Virus record (IMG/VR): IMGVR_UViG_3300043630_000001
Span: 4,599 to 68,598 of that record
From: a virus
Lineage: Duplodnaviria; Caudoviricetes
DNA length: 64,000 nucleotides
Direction: 5' to 3' (one strand)
A program made the translations under genes and the position numbers. The number at the start of each line of letters is the position of its first letter. Position 1 is the stretch's first letter. Shown here piece after piece: positions 43,951 through 53,111 of the stretch. The notes beneath the pieces are model-generated. The model was not told the DNA's origin, ran no database searches, and saw nothing but the letters and a program-made list of their open reading frames with translations.

Positions 43951-46900
43951 GGCTTGAAGTTTGGCACGCCAAGGCGGTTCAAATCATCCAGCTTAAACAC
44001 AAACACGTTGGGCACCTGTAGTGATGCCCCTATACCAAATTTCAGGAAAGCCGGACTGTCTTTGAGAGCGTAGGCAAAAGGATCATAATTCGCAAACAGA
44101 GGGAAAGACTTTCCGATAGAGCACTGCGCCCGGTATTTGAAGTAAGACGGGCGAACAGCCACCTCCAGGCAAGACACACCGCCCACTTCAGTGTAGGCGT
44201 ATTCTTTACCCTTCCGGATAGCCTGCGCAGACGTGTCATCAACGTGGTAGCTCATTGAGGCTAACTCGATCAGCACTTTGACATACTCCGGAGTAGTGGC
44301 CGACTGCAGGTCTTTCATCCGGTCATAGATGCCGTTTTCGAGTGCTTCCATTTCTGGATTCAACCCCGGACCGATAGCTGACTCAACCAGCTGGCGGAAT
44401 CGGCGCATGCCAAACTTGGCCACGGTATGGTTAAAGACCGACCGCTCTTTAGCCTGCTGCTTTTCACGCAGCGCATCTTCGGTAATCCCTCCCTTAAGGT
44501 CTGACTCAGACACCATGAACTTCTCTTGGGCCTCGTCATACATAAAGTCAAATTCCCGGCGAAGACTTTCCACCGATTCTTTTGTGACGATCATCGAAGC
44601 GATGTACTTCCCCAGGATACCAAGCACCTGGCGGTGCTTACGCACAAGCTGAAAGCGAGCCAACCACTTGGCATTCTCATTCGGCGGGGGGCGCACAACT
44701 GTGGCAAGGACTACGCGTTCCATCACTGCGGCCTCTTCCTCAGTAGCTTCAGCGATGAAAGCTATAGGAGCCGACAACTGGGACGTCTGAAGGATACGGA
44801 AGTCCTGCGCCTCCCTTGTACCGCCTCCTCTGGATATCTCTTTCTGGTTATAGGCGTCACGCATAATCGCCTTCAGTTTGTTGTGCGTGGCCCTGTCCAT
44901 TTCGTGAGGCTTGTACTCGTCCAATATCATAGGGATGCTGGCCGAAGCAGTGAGCATTTGCGTCATACTGAATGTGGTAGACCCTGGCGTGAGAGACTTC
45001 ACTTCCTGCTTGTAATAGAACAAACCTGCCAGTGTCATGCACATGTCCGTGTTATGCGTCACAGTGAAGTCGCCCAGCATAAACAGGTGGTCACCGTCGA
45101 TTGTAAAGCCGTAATAGTCTCCTTCGCCTACTGGCTCAACTGTAATGCTGTGCAGCTCAGGGCTAAGATTACCCTTTAAAACGCCAGGCACTCTCCAGCC
45201 GTAATGTATAGTTTTCCAGTGCGAAGCTTTTGTCAAATAGTCTCTTATTGAAACGTTCACGATAGCCCTGCCTACAGTACTCTCTCTAAGGCTCAGGATG
45301 TGGCTCTCGTTTACCACGTAAGGTCTAGCGCCCCGGCTAAGCCCTGAATTCATGACGTCTACAGGGCGCACCTCGTACATCATCTCCTCACCTCTGGCCA
45401 GGGAAAGCACATTGCGAGGCTTGCCATCTGGCCCAAGAAGCTGATCGCCCACAAGGATGTCCTGTACAGGCTTGACAGACCCATCGACCATAATCACTGG
45501 GGTATCTTTAGCCAGACATTTCCCAGCGCCTGCACTTCCGTTTACGTGCATCAAAGGAAACTTGCCATACGCCTTGTGGAAGATCTGCCGCCAGTAGCAA
45601 GCTGTGTACCAGCCGACAAGTTTTCCCAGCAGCTCTGCCCTTTGGCACGTGAACAAATTTTTCAGTACCTCTTTCAGCAAGGTTTTGTTGTCGTCTTCCT
45701 TCAGCCACGGCACCAAGTCTGGAGCATCTCTCAGATCGGTCTTGTAGTACCCGCGAGGATCGGGGTATCCGGCAAACGTCAGGTTCAAGCCTTCCTTGCT
45801 GATGTGTGGAGGCAGCACCACACCTTGTGAATCAGCCCATACCAAAAATTCATCCCTGTACACTGGATTTTCGTGATGAGGGATGTGTATAACGTCAAGA
45901 CCCTCCCTGTTGAGGATGTATTTCTCTTCCCCATTCTTTTTTGCGTCTTCAACGAATCTCATCATCAGTATCCTTACTTGTGCATCAGTGCCTTGAAAGG
46001 CGTGGCCGTAACGGGCGGAAAATCGGTTGAACGGAACAAGCCCGCTGAACACCTCAAGTTCTAAGGTCTGCCTGCCGGCAAACCGTCCGTTGATCATAAT
46101 ATCGGTTTCGTACCCGGATATCTGCCCGGACTCCAGAGACTTTAAGATAGAGGACTTGCTGAATGACATAGCGCAGATTCGCTTCTTGCTACCTTCCACA
46201 TCAGCGTATACACCAAACTTTGAGAGGGTGATGCCCCGAGCGACATCGCCGTATTCGTCAATCGCGCCTTTTTCCTGAGCTTCAGCTTCCTTGATCACTT
46301 CCAGAACTTCTTCCTTCGTGGTCTGAATACCGTCAAGGTCCGGTGCCGGATGCGTTAAGAGTGATTTAATGGCACCTACACTGAACTCGTAACACAGGTT
46401 GCCGTACATGTACCGGTACATCCTGCGGATCTCCTCTTCCCGCTTACCTGGCGTGTCGTAACGATTGCCATTGCCCTTGTGGGTGGCTATCAAGTCTTTG
46501 CATGCCTGAACAAGTTCTTCCTCGCTCAGGCCTGCTGTGGAGCCTGCTATGGCTATCTGTGTGGCTATCTCTTGAAAGCCGGCAGTAGGCTTAATGCCGT
46601 ACCCGGCCATCATCCACTGGACGGAATCACAAAATGCCTTCTCTTTGGCTGCAGGGTCAGGCTTAAACTTCATGCGCTTTTTGAAGAGGTCTTCTACCTT
46701 CTGAGCACAGCGATCAAAGAGAATAGACAGATCAGGGCAGAAGGAAGCTGCTGCAACGTTGACCGGAGACCTTGGTATTGACGTTAACTGTTGGCAGAGT
46801 TCTGGTGTCATTATGCGCATCTCAGACGCAGTGATAGGCACCTTGTATCTGCCATTTTCCCGCTGCACGCCAGGCTGCCGCCACATCCGGCCTCTACCCC

Positions 46901-47345
46901 CTGAGTAGACACGTAAATCGAGTGTGTCTACGCACAAGTCCAAGGCCATCTCCCGGTAGACCGAAGGCAGGTTAGCTATCCCTCCCTTGGGTATCTTAGC
47001 TACGAAGACAGTTTGAGGTATTTCAATATGATAACCACGCCCTCCAGTAGCGTACAGCCGGCACATATTCAAGTTGACTTTCAAGGTCTCTAGTTTGTCG
47101 AGGAACTGCTTGACCTTTTCGATGACGATTGACTCGTCTGTGCTGTCGAAGTCAAAGTAAAGCGGCCCCTCGTAAGCCAGCTTCATCTTGTCCTCATACG
47201 ACAAGTCTTCCACCAGCTTAGACACAGCGAGAACTGTCACAAACATTGGCCGAGTCTCGCTCAGCAAATGGTACAGGTGGGTGGCCGGGACTGCTTTCCA
47301 GTCCTCCTCTCCCCCTGTGACTTGGTAGTAGTGATAAGCGCTCAT
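43947..47345 (-). CDS. AEP-type primase fused to a P-loop (DUF927-like) helicase, intein-containing
   Basis: YFDFDS and GGRGYH primase motifs; Walker A GSAGAGK|T interrupted by an intein; Walker B MILDEYK. Confidence 0.8.
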   Translation of the reverse strand: MSAYHYYQVTGGEEDWKAVPATHLYHLLSETRPMFVTVLAVSKLVEDLSYEDKMKLAYEGPLYFDFDSTDESIVIEKVKQFLDKLETLKVNLNMCRLYATGGRGYHIEIPQTVFVAKIPKGGIANLPSVYREMALDLCVDTLDLRVYSGGRGRMWRQPGVQRENGRYKVPITASEMRIMTPELCQQLTSIPRSPVNVAAASFCPDLSILFDRCAQKVEDLFKKRMKFKPDPAAKEKAFCDSVQWMMAGYGIKPTAGFQEIATQIAIAGSTAGLSEEELVQACKDLIATHKGNGNRYDTPGKREEEIRRMYRYMYGNLCYEFSVGAIKSLLTHPAPDLDGIQTTKEEVLEVIKEAEAQEKGAIDEYGDVARGITLSKFGVYADVEGSKKRICAMSFSKSSILKSLESGQISGYETDIMINGRFAGRQTLELEVFSGLVPFNRFSARYGHAFQGTDAQVRILMMRFVEDAKKNGEEKYILNREGLDVIHIPHHENPVYRDEFLVWADSQGVVLPPHISKEGLNLTFAGYPDPRGYYKTDLRDAPDLVPWLKEDDNKTLLKEVLKNLFTCQRAELLGKLVGWYTACYWRQIFHKAYGKFPLMHVNGSAGAGKCLAKDTPVIMVDGSVKPVQDILVGDQLLGPDGKPRNVLSLARGEEMMYEVRPVDVMNSGLSRGARPYVVNESHILSLRESTVGRAIVNVSIRDYLTKASHWKTIHYGWRVPGVLKGNLSPELHSITVEPVGEGDYYGFTIDGDHLFMLGDFTVTHNTDMCMTLAGLFYYKQEVKSLTPGSTTFSMTQMLTASASIPMILDEYKPHEMDRATHNKLKAIMRDAYNQKEISRGGGTREAQDFRILQTSQLSAPIAFIAEATEEEAAVMERVVLATVVRPPPNENAKWLARFQLVRKHRQVLGILGKYIASMIVTKESVESLRREFDFMYDEAQEKFMVSESDLKGGITEDALREKQQAKERSVFNHTVAKFGMRRFRQLVESAIGPGLNPEMEALENGIYDRMKDLQSATTPEYVKVLIELASMSYHVDDTSAQAIRKGKEYAYTEVGGVSCLEVAVRPSYFKYRAQCSIGKSFPLFANYDPFAYALKDSPAFLKFGIGASLQVPNVFVFKLDDLNRLGVPNFKP
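45051..45518 (-). mobile_element. Mini-intein (156 aa) in the helicase Walker A motif
   Basis: Begins CLAKDTPV, block B VVNESHIL, block F GDYYGFTIDGDHLF, ends THN followed by Thr. No endonuclease domain. Confidence 0.92.
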
Positions 47346-47352
47346 GTCGCCC

Positions 47353-47874
47353 TCACACTTCAGGCGTCATGCAAGCGTTCGGCCAGAGGGCCGCGAACTC
47401 TTGCACAGAAGAGAAATAAGCGCCACCCTCTACGAGATGCTTTTTGGGATTAGAAGCCACCTTAACACAGAAGGGTACGCTCAGGCTTCGGTGGCTAGCG
47501 CCGCCAGCGGCGTATTCTGTAGGAGCAAATCGTACGTCAGTCCATGCCTGAGTCCAGGCGAATACATTGGCTGCCGACAGTTCAAAAGGCATCTGGCTTA
47601 TTGTCGAACTAGCCTCAGCGGAGGCTAAACTGCTCAGATGAATAGACACGCCTGTGGAAGGAGCCATAGAAAGGTTAGTGACCCGCAAGGTGTCCAAAAT
47701 TACAGGGACACCTTTGCTGTACTTCCAAACAACAAATTTTCTACCTAGTTGAGCATACAGCCTGTGCACTGTACCCAACCTGTTCCACCTGGTGTTGCCT
47801 GACATGATATCTGACACCCAGCTAGTCTCCCGAGCAAGTCTTTCCGCTTGGGTGTTTGGAAATGTTTCTGACAT
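47353..47874 (-). CDS. Hypothetical protein
   Basis: 173-aa ORF between the helicase and primase genes. Confidence 0.55.
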   Translation of the reverse strand: MSETFPNTQAERLARETSWVSDIMSGNTRWNRLGTVHRLYAQLGRKFVVWKYSKGVPVILDTLRVTNLSMAPSTGVSIHLSSLASAEASSTISQMPFELSAANVFAWTQAWTDVRFAPTEYAAGGASHRSLSVPFCVKVASNPKKHLVEGGAYFSSVQEFAALWPNACMTPEV

Positions 47875-47923
47875 AAAATTTTCTCTTGTTATGTGGTCGG
47901 AAGGGAACGATATTACACCAAGG

Positions 47924-49336
47924 TTAAGGGAAAATCAGTTCCTTAATTCCTTTTAAATTTCCAGACGCCTTCTTGACAAGTTCGTCTTTTTTGATTAGGT
48001 CAGAGACTAAAGCTTCTTGAATTGTCCCTTTAGCCACGGCCAGTCTTATGTTGGGATTGTATTTTTGACCGTGCCGGTCTATGCGCCCGGAAGCCTGGAC
48101 CCACTCGATGACTGAAAGAGGTATTTCCGTAAACAGCATCTCCCAGCAAAGGTGCTGAGGGTTTAAGCCTACGCCGGCTGACTTGGGCTGAGCTACCAAA
48201 GCTACGGTAGCTGGGTCAGTCAAGAACAACCTTACCGATTCCTTGGAGTTCGCGCCGCCATAGGCCGCCACGGCTTTCACCTTGGCTTGCATATATGCCA
48301 GCATGCGCGCCGAGGTGATCTTGTATTGCGTCCAAATGATCAGCTTTGATGCAGGAGGAAGACCCAAGTCAACGTTCGCTTGTCTGCCCAGAGATATCTC
48401 GTCACACACCTCATCGACCAAATCATAAAGCGTCGAGCGCTTTGATTCGTCGTCAGCAAAGTACCCGAAATTGGCTATGATCTGTTGCGAGTAATGGTAG
48501 AGCAGCTGCGCTGTAGAGGCGTCGATCTTCCCTCCATTTTCCATTTCCAGAATCTGCTCTGTCATCAACTTCTGATAGAGTTTTTTATGGTCTTTTGATA
48601 ACTCGTAATAGATAGGCATGTAATTTGCTTTAGGCAAATCCGCATGTACTTCTTCTTTCGTCCGGTAGACTCTGCGCAAGTTCAGGTTGTCTTTCAGCAT
48701 GTCTAAATTCTGCCAGCGCTCTACCCCGCCGAAAAAGTTCTTCTCGGCCACGTGGATGTTTTCAAAGTGGGTGAACGTTCGGTAGATTTCTGGTGTGTTA
48801 AGCTTTACATAAGCATAACCATCTGCCGGGGTAGACATAGGCGTTCCGGTCATCAAGAATAAGTCTTGCCCCATGCTGAATTCTCTGACCCGCTTGAACA
48901 TCATGGATGATGCATTTTTAATACAATGCGACTCATCTACGAGAGTAAGTACCACGCTGTCCTTCAAGTCCTGCTTCAGCCTGGCATAGTCATTTTTGAA
49001 AATACCGTAAGACATAACCAGCCAACGCACACCACGCACAATAATTGCAGCCCTCTGCCTGGGGTCTCCCTCGTAAGGCACCACCATGCCGATATCTGGA
49101 ATACTGCGTAGCCACGCTACCCACTGAGGTATCAGAATAGGGGGGAGGAGTACCACGACTGTTTCAGGCTGTCGCATCAACGCTGCCGCTGTAGATATGG
49201 CTGTCTTCCCGTAACCTACAGGGAGGTCCGCCAAAGCCCTCCCCCAGACACCAAGTTTTTTGGTGTCTTCCTTTTGCATTCCCGTCAAGGTAAAAGGGAA
49301 GGGGTGCCGGCTGAATACTTCCTCAATTGTTAGCAC
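47924..49336 (-). CDS. SF2 helicase, SNF2-like
   Basis: DLPVGYGKT, LVDESH, MTGTP, SAGVGLN, QASGRIDRHGQ. Confidence 0.9.
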   Translation of the reverse strand: MLTIEEVFSRHPFPFTLTGMQKEDTKKLGVWGRALADLPVGYGKTAISTAAALMRQPETVVVLLPPILIPQWVAWLRSIPDIGMVVPYEGDPRQRAAIIVRGVRWLVMSYGIFKNDYARLKQDLKDSVVLTLVDESHCIKNASSMMFKRVREFSMGQDLFLMTGTPMSTPADGYAYVKLNTPEIYRTFTHFENIHVAEKNFFGGVERWQNLDMLKDNLNLRRVYRTKEEVHADLPKANYMPIYYELSKDHKKLYQKLMTEQILEMENGGKIDASTAQLLYHYSQQIIANFGYFADDESKRSTLYDLVDEVCDEISLGRQANVDLGLPPASKLIIWTQYKITSARMLAYMQAKVKAVAAYGGANSKESVRLFLTDPATVALVAQPKSAGVGLNPQHLCWEMLFTEIPLSVIEWVQASGRIDRHGQKYNPNIRLAVAKGTIQEALVSDLIKKDELVKKASGNLKGIKELIFP

Positions 49337-49724
49337 AACGGCACCTCTTTTCTGCTAACATTTTCAAGGTTAGCAACATCTGTGCCACCTGAAAGGATTC
49401 GCTGCGTAAGCCGCCTATTCGAGCCGCGAATTCTGGCAAGGTGTACATTGACGCCAGGGCGAGTACGGGGTACTTTTGAGACTCATACACCACCCAGGAA
49501 TAGAGCAGGTTACTCGCCAGGCCTGGTGGAGGTGCTTTCGGTGGCACCTCTAAGCCCAAGGCTAGCCAGAGTAGGTTAGCCTTTCCAGGATCAGATCCCA
49601 TCAGCAGCGCTGGCCCACAGAACATTCCTGCAACCGGCCACTTCCAGGTCTCCATGTCGTCTACCCAGTAAGGGTAGACGAGCCTGCGTTTATAGTTGAA
49701 GTCCATAACCAAGTTTTCGTTCAA
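49323..49724 (-). CDS. Hypothetical protein
   Basis: Tiles with neighbours on the - strand. Confidence 0.45.
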   Translation of the reverse strand: MNENLVMDFNYKRRLVYPYWVDDMETWKWPVAGMFCGPALLMGSDPGKANLLWLALGLEVPPKAPPPGLASNLLYSWVVYESQKYPVLALASMYTLPEFAARIGGLRSESFQVAQMLLTLKMLAEKRCRCANN

Positions 49725-49926
49725 TTTCTTTATCCCGTTTAATGAGCTTCGCCCAGCCTATGTAGTTTTCACCGAGTTTTCCGGTGAACTCTCCCACTAC
49801 CTGTACCCCGCCTTTAGTCAGCAGGGACAGCTTAGTGCCTCGGGGAGGCTCCTGAACGTATTCCCACGTCGGAGCCTCCCCGGCTAAGTAGCCGCTACTT
49901 TGCGGCGTCATCAGCATCCTCAGCAT
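49690..49926 (-). CDS. Hypothetical protein
   Basis: Tiles with neighbours on the - strand. Confidence 0.5.
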   Translation of the reverse strand: MLRMLMTPQSSGYLAGEAPTWEYVQEPPRGTKLSLLTKGGVQVVGEFTGKLGENYIGWAKLIKRDKEIERKLGYGLQL

Positions 49927-50821
49927 CAGCTGAATCGTGCAGGCCGCCCATGTCGGCAGTCAAGTCCTTGATCAAATCGTCAATGTGTGACATGACGATG
50001 TAGAAAGTGCCACGGAACTCGTCCTCGTCTGCCTTGGTACCCTTCACTTCAGACTTGAGTGTATCCAGGAAATTGATACTCTTCAGGCAGAGCTGCTCAT
50101 CGAGCATGAACGAGATCTTGTCATTCCAGGACAGTTCCAGTTTGGTCACCCGGCGACGGTTATCCTGCAGGGTTTCGGTGACTTCCCTCGAAGTTAAAAC
50201 GACATTGCGGTAGCGCACCACAGTGCCTCCTTCGTCCTGCCCTTCCGTCTCCGCCCGGGAACCGAGGTCAAAGTTACTCAGTGCTGTTGAGCCCTCGTAG
50301 CGGAGGCGGTCCGTCATTTCTACAGACGGCTTCTGCTTAATACGGTAACCCTCCAGTTGGAAGTTGTACGCCTTCAACAACTCCTGGACAATTTTGTCCA
50401 CCATCGTAGGGCTGCCGCTGTCAATAATCAGCGTATGGTCGCGCAGGTTAACCACCACCTGAATGGTCTTACGCACAGGAAGCGCATTGGCCAACAGCTC
50501 TTCTTGCAGGCGTTCCCGCATCTCCTGTTTCGCTTTGCGCCCAGGAAAGTAAGAGTTCTCTTCCTGGAAAAGCTTGCAGCGTTCCTCCAATCGCAAGCGC
50601 AATGCCGAGGCAGGCACTGTTTTTGCTTCGACCGTGAAGTTAAGCAGCGTGTGGCTGTCAGCTGTGTAACTCAGGGCATCGTTTATTGCCAGAGGGCTGA
50701 AACCTGTAGAGACTGCCTGGGAGGTAGTGGTAGGCGTAAATTGGCGAGTAGCAAGTTTTTCGTTGAGGTCTTTCAGGTGCGTATCGTGCAGGCGAAAGAG
50801 GGTGATACTCTTAAAATTCAT
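49895..50821 (-). CDS. rdgC: Recombination-associated protein RdgC
   Basis: FKSITLFRL, STGFSP, KTVPASA, GRKAKQEMRERLQEELLANA, VTKLELSWNDKISFML. Confidence 0.85.
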   Translation of the reverse strand: MNFKSITLFRLHDTHLKDLNEKLATRQFTPTTTSQAVSTGFSPLAINDALSYTADSHTLLNFTVEAKTVPASALRLRLEERCKLFQEENSYFPGRKAKQEMRERLQEELLANALPVRKTIQVVVNLRDHTLIIDSGSPTMVDKIVQELLKAYNFQLEGYRIKQKPSVEMTDRLRYEGSTALSNFDLGSRAETEGQDEGGTVVRYRNVVLTSREVTETLQDNRRRVTKLELSWNDKISFMLDEQLCLKSINFLDTLKSEVKGTKADEDEFRGTFYIVMSHIDDLIKDLTADMGGLHDSADAEDADDAAK

Positions 50822-50850
50822 GATCTTGTCCGGTAGGTTAGGGAGGCCAA

Positions 50851-50879
50851 CATATATCAAGTTTCAGCAATTTTGTCAA
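50851..50879 (-). promoter_or_regulatory. Sigma70-like promoter TTGACA-N17-TATATG for the replication operon
   Basis: -35 at 50879-50874, -10 at 50856-50851, preceded by AAACTTGA (compare AAGTTTGA at 13977 and 43935). Confidence 0.65.
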
Positions 50880-51043
50880 TTACTTTGAAGTTTTCCAGTT
50901 TAAGGCGGGCGTTGGCAGGTTGGCCAACTTGCGATTGGTAGCTAAGGCTGTACCTATGCGGCGCTGTTGCGCAACGCTTCGCGGCAGCAGCACCGGGCCG
51001 CTGGTAGCTAAGTGGCCAGGCTTAGCCATCTCTACAGGGTGCT

Positions 51044-51244
51044 TCATCTTGACCTCATATAGGCCGGGTTACACATCTCGTTCCAGACGGTAAAGTGCGG
51101 GTCGAGGTTTGGCTGGAGCCCTTCAATAACCTTTCGCTCAGCCTCGCCCCGGCGCCAGGCACGCTGGTCATCGGAGAAGGCATACGTCCAGTCATGCTTC
51201 TGCAGCAGGGCACGATAGCGCCTGAGTTGTTCATCAACACCCAT
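51044..51244 (-). CDS. Hypothetical protein
   Basis: LLQKHDWTYAFSDDQRAWRRG resembles a common small phage family. Confidence 0.6.
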   Translation of the reverse strand: MGVDEQLRRYRALLQKHDWTYAFSDDQRAWRRGEAERKVIEGLQPNLDPHFTVWNEMCNPAYMRSR

Positions 51245-51473
51245 CGTTAACCACTCCTACGCTGACTATCGGGTGAGGGCCATTGCCAAACACCCAAAGA
51301 GCTATGCAACCGCCGTTAGCTAAAGCTTCTAGTTCTTTGCTGTCGGGCTTCCAAGTTGAGATGCGCTGCATCTCTCCGTCCGCCCCTGTCTGAATAATCA
51401 GAGGCAGGTCTTCCACTTGCAGACCGTCGCCGATAGCTTCACCGTTGGCTTGAGGATGATGGTAAATTTCCAT
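51234..51473 (-). CDS. Hypothetical protein
   Basis: DLPL...ISTWKPDSKELEALANGGCIALWVFG..HP is a common small phage family pattern. Confidence 0.6.
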   Translation of the reverse strand: MEIYHHPQANGEAIGDGLQVEDLPLIIQTGADGEMQRISTWKPDSKELEALANGGCIALWVFGNGPHPIVSVGVVNDGC

Positions 51474-51678
51474 GGCACTCCTTTCCTGCGCACTCCGCGC
51501 ATATTTTCTTTGTCTTTGGCCAGGTGGTCACCTCCAGAGTATCGAAGTACCGTTCGCCAGGCACCACGGAACGCAGACAGAAGCTTATCTTGTCCGCCTG
51601 CATGCAGGTGAATGTTGACCGGGCTGTGCGAAAGCCTCCGCCGTTTTTGCGCACGTAAAATTCAGCTATGGTTGTCAC
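51439..51678 (-). CDS. Hypothetical Cys-containing protein
   Basis: GTGA/ATGA coupling; CxxC near the C-terminus. Confidence 0.5.
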   Translation of the reverse strand: MTTIAEFYVRKNGGGFRTARSTFTCMQADKISFCLRSVVPGERYFDTLEVTTWPKTKKICAECAGKECHGNLPSSSSQR

Positions 51679-51878
51679 TTCAACTTCCCTGCCTTTCTGG
51701 CCCGCTTCTCTTCGGCCTTACGCATACTATACGCTTGCAGGTCCAGAGGAAGCTTATCCCTGTCTTTCACTTTGTTCTGGGATTTTGTGCTCAAGAGGCG
51801 ACCCAGCCCGCACGAAGCCGCCATCCCGTATATCATGGCGCTGAGCGAGGCAAGTTTAGATTTTTTCCATACCGGCAC
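51675..51878 (-). CDS. Hypothetical basic protein
   Basis: Coupled ORF. Confidence 0.5.
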   Translation of the reverse strand: MPVWKKSKLASLSAMIYGMAASCGLGRLLSTKSQNKVKDRDKLPLDLQAYSMRKAEEKRARKAGKLK

Positions 51879-51879
51879 T

Positions 51880-52140
51880 TTACTTTCTGCATATTTGCTC
51901 TTTAGCCTGCTTAAGGTTGGCTGTGAACAGCCAGGTTGAGCAGACCTTATTAGGGTCCGGCTGTGCCTCTTTAGGCGGCAGGGGCACGGTCACCGCAATG
52001 GTGGGAGAGGGTATTGCCTTGATTTTGTCGATAAGTCTCTTCTCAAAATTATCCCACATGATTGTCTCTACTGACCAAACGAAAATAAACAGGCCAGCCA
52101 GCAGGAAAATACTGCCATTGCCTCTTTTGTAAGTCATCAC
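51880..52140 (-). CDS. Single-TM hypothetical protein
   Basis: GNGSIFLLAGLFIFVW TM segment. Confidence 0.55.
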   Translation of the reverse strand: MMTYKRGNGSIFLLAGLFIFVWSVETIMWDNFEKRLIDKIKAIPSPTIAVTVPLPPKEAQPDPNKVCSTWLFTANLKQAKEQICRK

Positions 52141-52370
52141 TTTCTCCCCGGTGAGCGGTTAGTAACTATCTCACCTATTAAGTTGCCGTTGGTGTCCTTT
52201 AACTGTTTCCAGAAGCCTGGCTCCAGGTCCATGCCACCTTCCAGGGCAAGCGTTAGTTCCTTCAGGTGACGAATCACTTCATACGCCGCGCCGTTGTCAA
52301 CGACCGCGCTCCCATTAAAGTCGTCAAAAGTGATGACGAGCTTTCTCAGCTTCGGTTTCGGTCTAACCAT
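52137..52370 (-). CDS. Hypothetical protein
   Basis: SD GAGG; coupled ORF. Confidence 0.55.
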   Translation of the reverse strand: MVRPKPKLRKLVITFDDFNGSAVVDNGAAYEVIRHLKELTLALEGGMDLEPGFWKQLKDTNGNLIGEIVTNRSPGRK

Positions 52371-52377
52371 TCTACCC

Positions 52378-52890
52378 TCACATGAAAAGTTCGTACTGCC
52401 GAACCATATGCTGCGTCTTCCGGTCCGGCCTGTTGGCCAGTACCTGGCTACTGAAGTGCTTGGCTGCAGCCGACGCGTAGTTTCTGGCAGTCAGGTAGCT
52501 ACATCCGTTCTCCTGGTGGTCCTGCAGCACGCCACAGGACTTGTCCACCATCGAAAGCTTTTCCAGCGCCATACGCTTAAAATCGTCAGCTAAGACAGAA
52601 ACTTTGGCAATCAAGTCTGCCTGAACAATCTCTTTACTGTCCATTTGCACTTTCTTTCCGAGGATTTCCTCAATCTCTGCTGCGCTCCAGCCGGTCAGCT
52701 TGTGTGTCTTCCATAACAGGGAAGGACCCCAGGTCAGGTTTCCGGAGCGCACCCTGCTGATGTGCGCCGGAGAGACTTCGTACACCCGGGATAGCGCTGC
52801 ATCAGTGCCCATGCCCAGGTGCTTGGCCACAGCGCTCAGCAGCTTGGCGTTAGCCTGGGCTGTTTCGGCAGTCTTCGTTTCTTCGCTCAT
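52378..52890 (-). CDS. XRE-type HTH protein (Oxalobacteraceae-like) fused to an unknown C-terminal domain
   Basis: LLSAVAKHLGMGTDAALSRVYEVSPAHISRVRSGNLTWGPSLL..HKLTGWS..EI..ILG. Possible internal start at 52644. Confidence 0.65.
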   Translation of the reverse strand: MSEETKTAETAQANAKLLSAVAKHLGMGTDAALSRVYEVSPAHISRVRSGNLTWGPSLLWKTHKLTGWSAAEIEEILGKKVQMDSKEIVQADLIAKVSVLADDFKRMALEKLSMVDKSCGVLQDHQENGCSYLTARNYASAAAKHFSSQVLANRPDRKTQHMVRQYELFM

Positions 52891-53108
52891 TTTCGATTTA
52901 CCTTTCTGGCGGCCTTCGCCGCCTTGTTCGCCTTGCGGCGTTTCAACACATTCGCAGCAGTGTTTTTACTGCTGCGGTCTTTGGGGTGTCGGTGCTGGTG
53001 CATCGCGTCGTACTTCAGCTCCGTCAGGGGCAGGGGGATGCCGAAACCCTGGTAAGGGTTCGAGAGAATGTCCGCGTCGTCCACCAGGTCAGATTTTTTA
53101 TGCTCCAT
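52887..53108 (-). CDS. Hypothetical protein with basic C-terminus
   Basis: ATGA-coupled. Confidence 0.55.
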   Translation of the reverse strand: MEHKKSDLVDDADILSNPYQGFGIPLPLTELKYDAMHQHRHPKDRSSKNTAANVLKRRKANKAAKAARKVNRK

Positions 53109-53111
53109 TGG

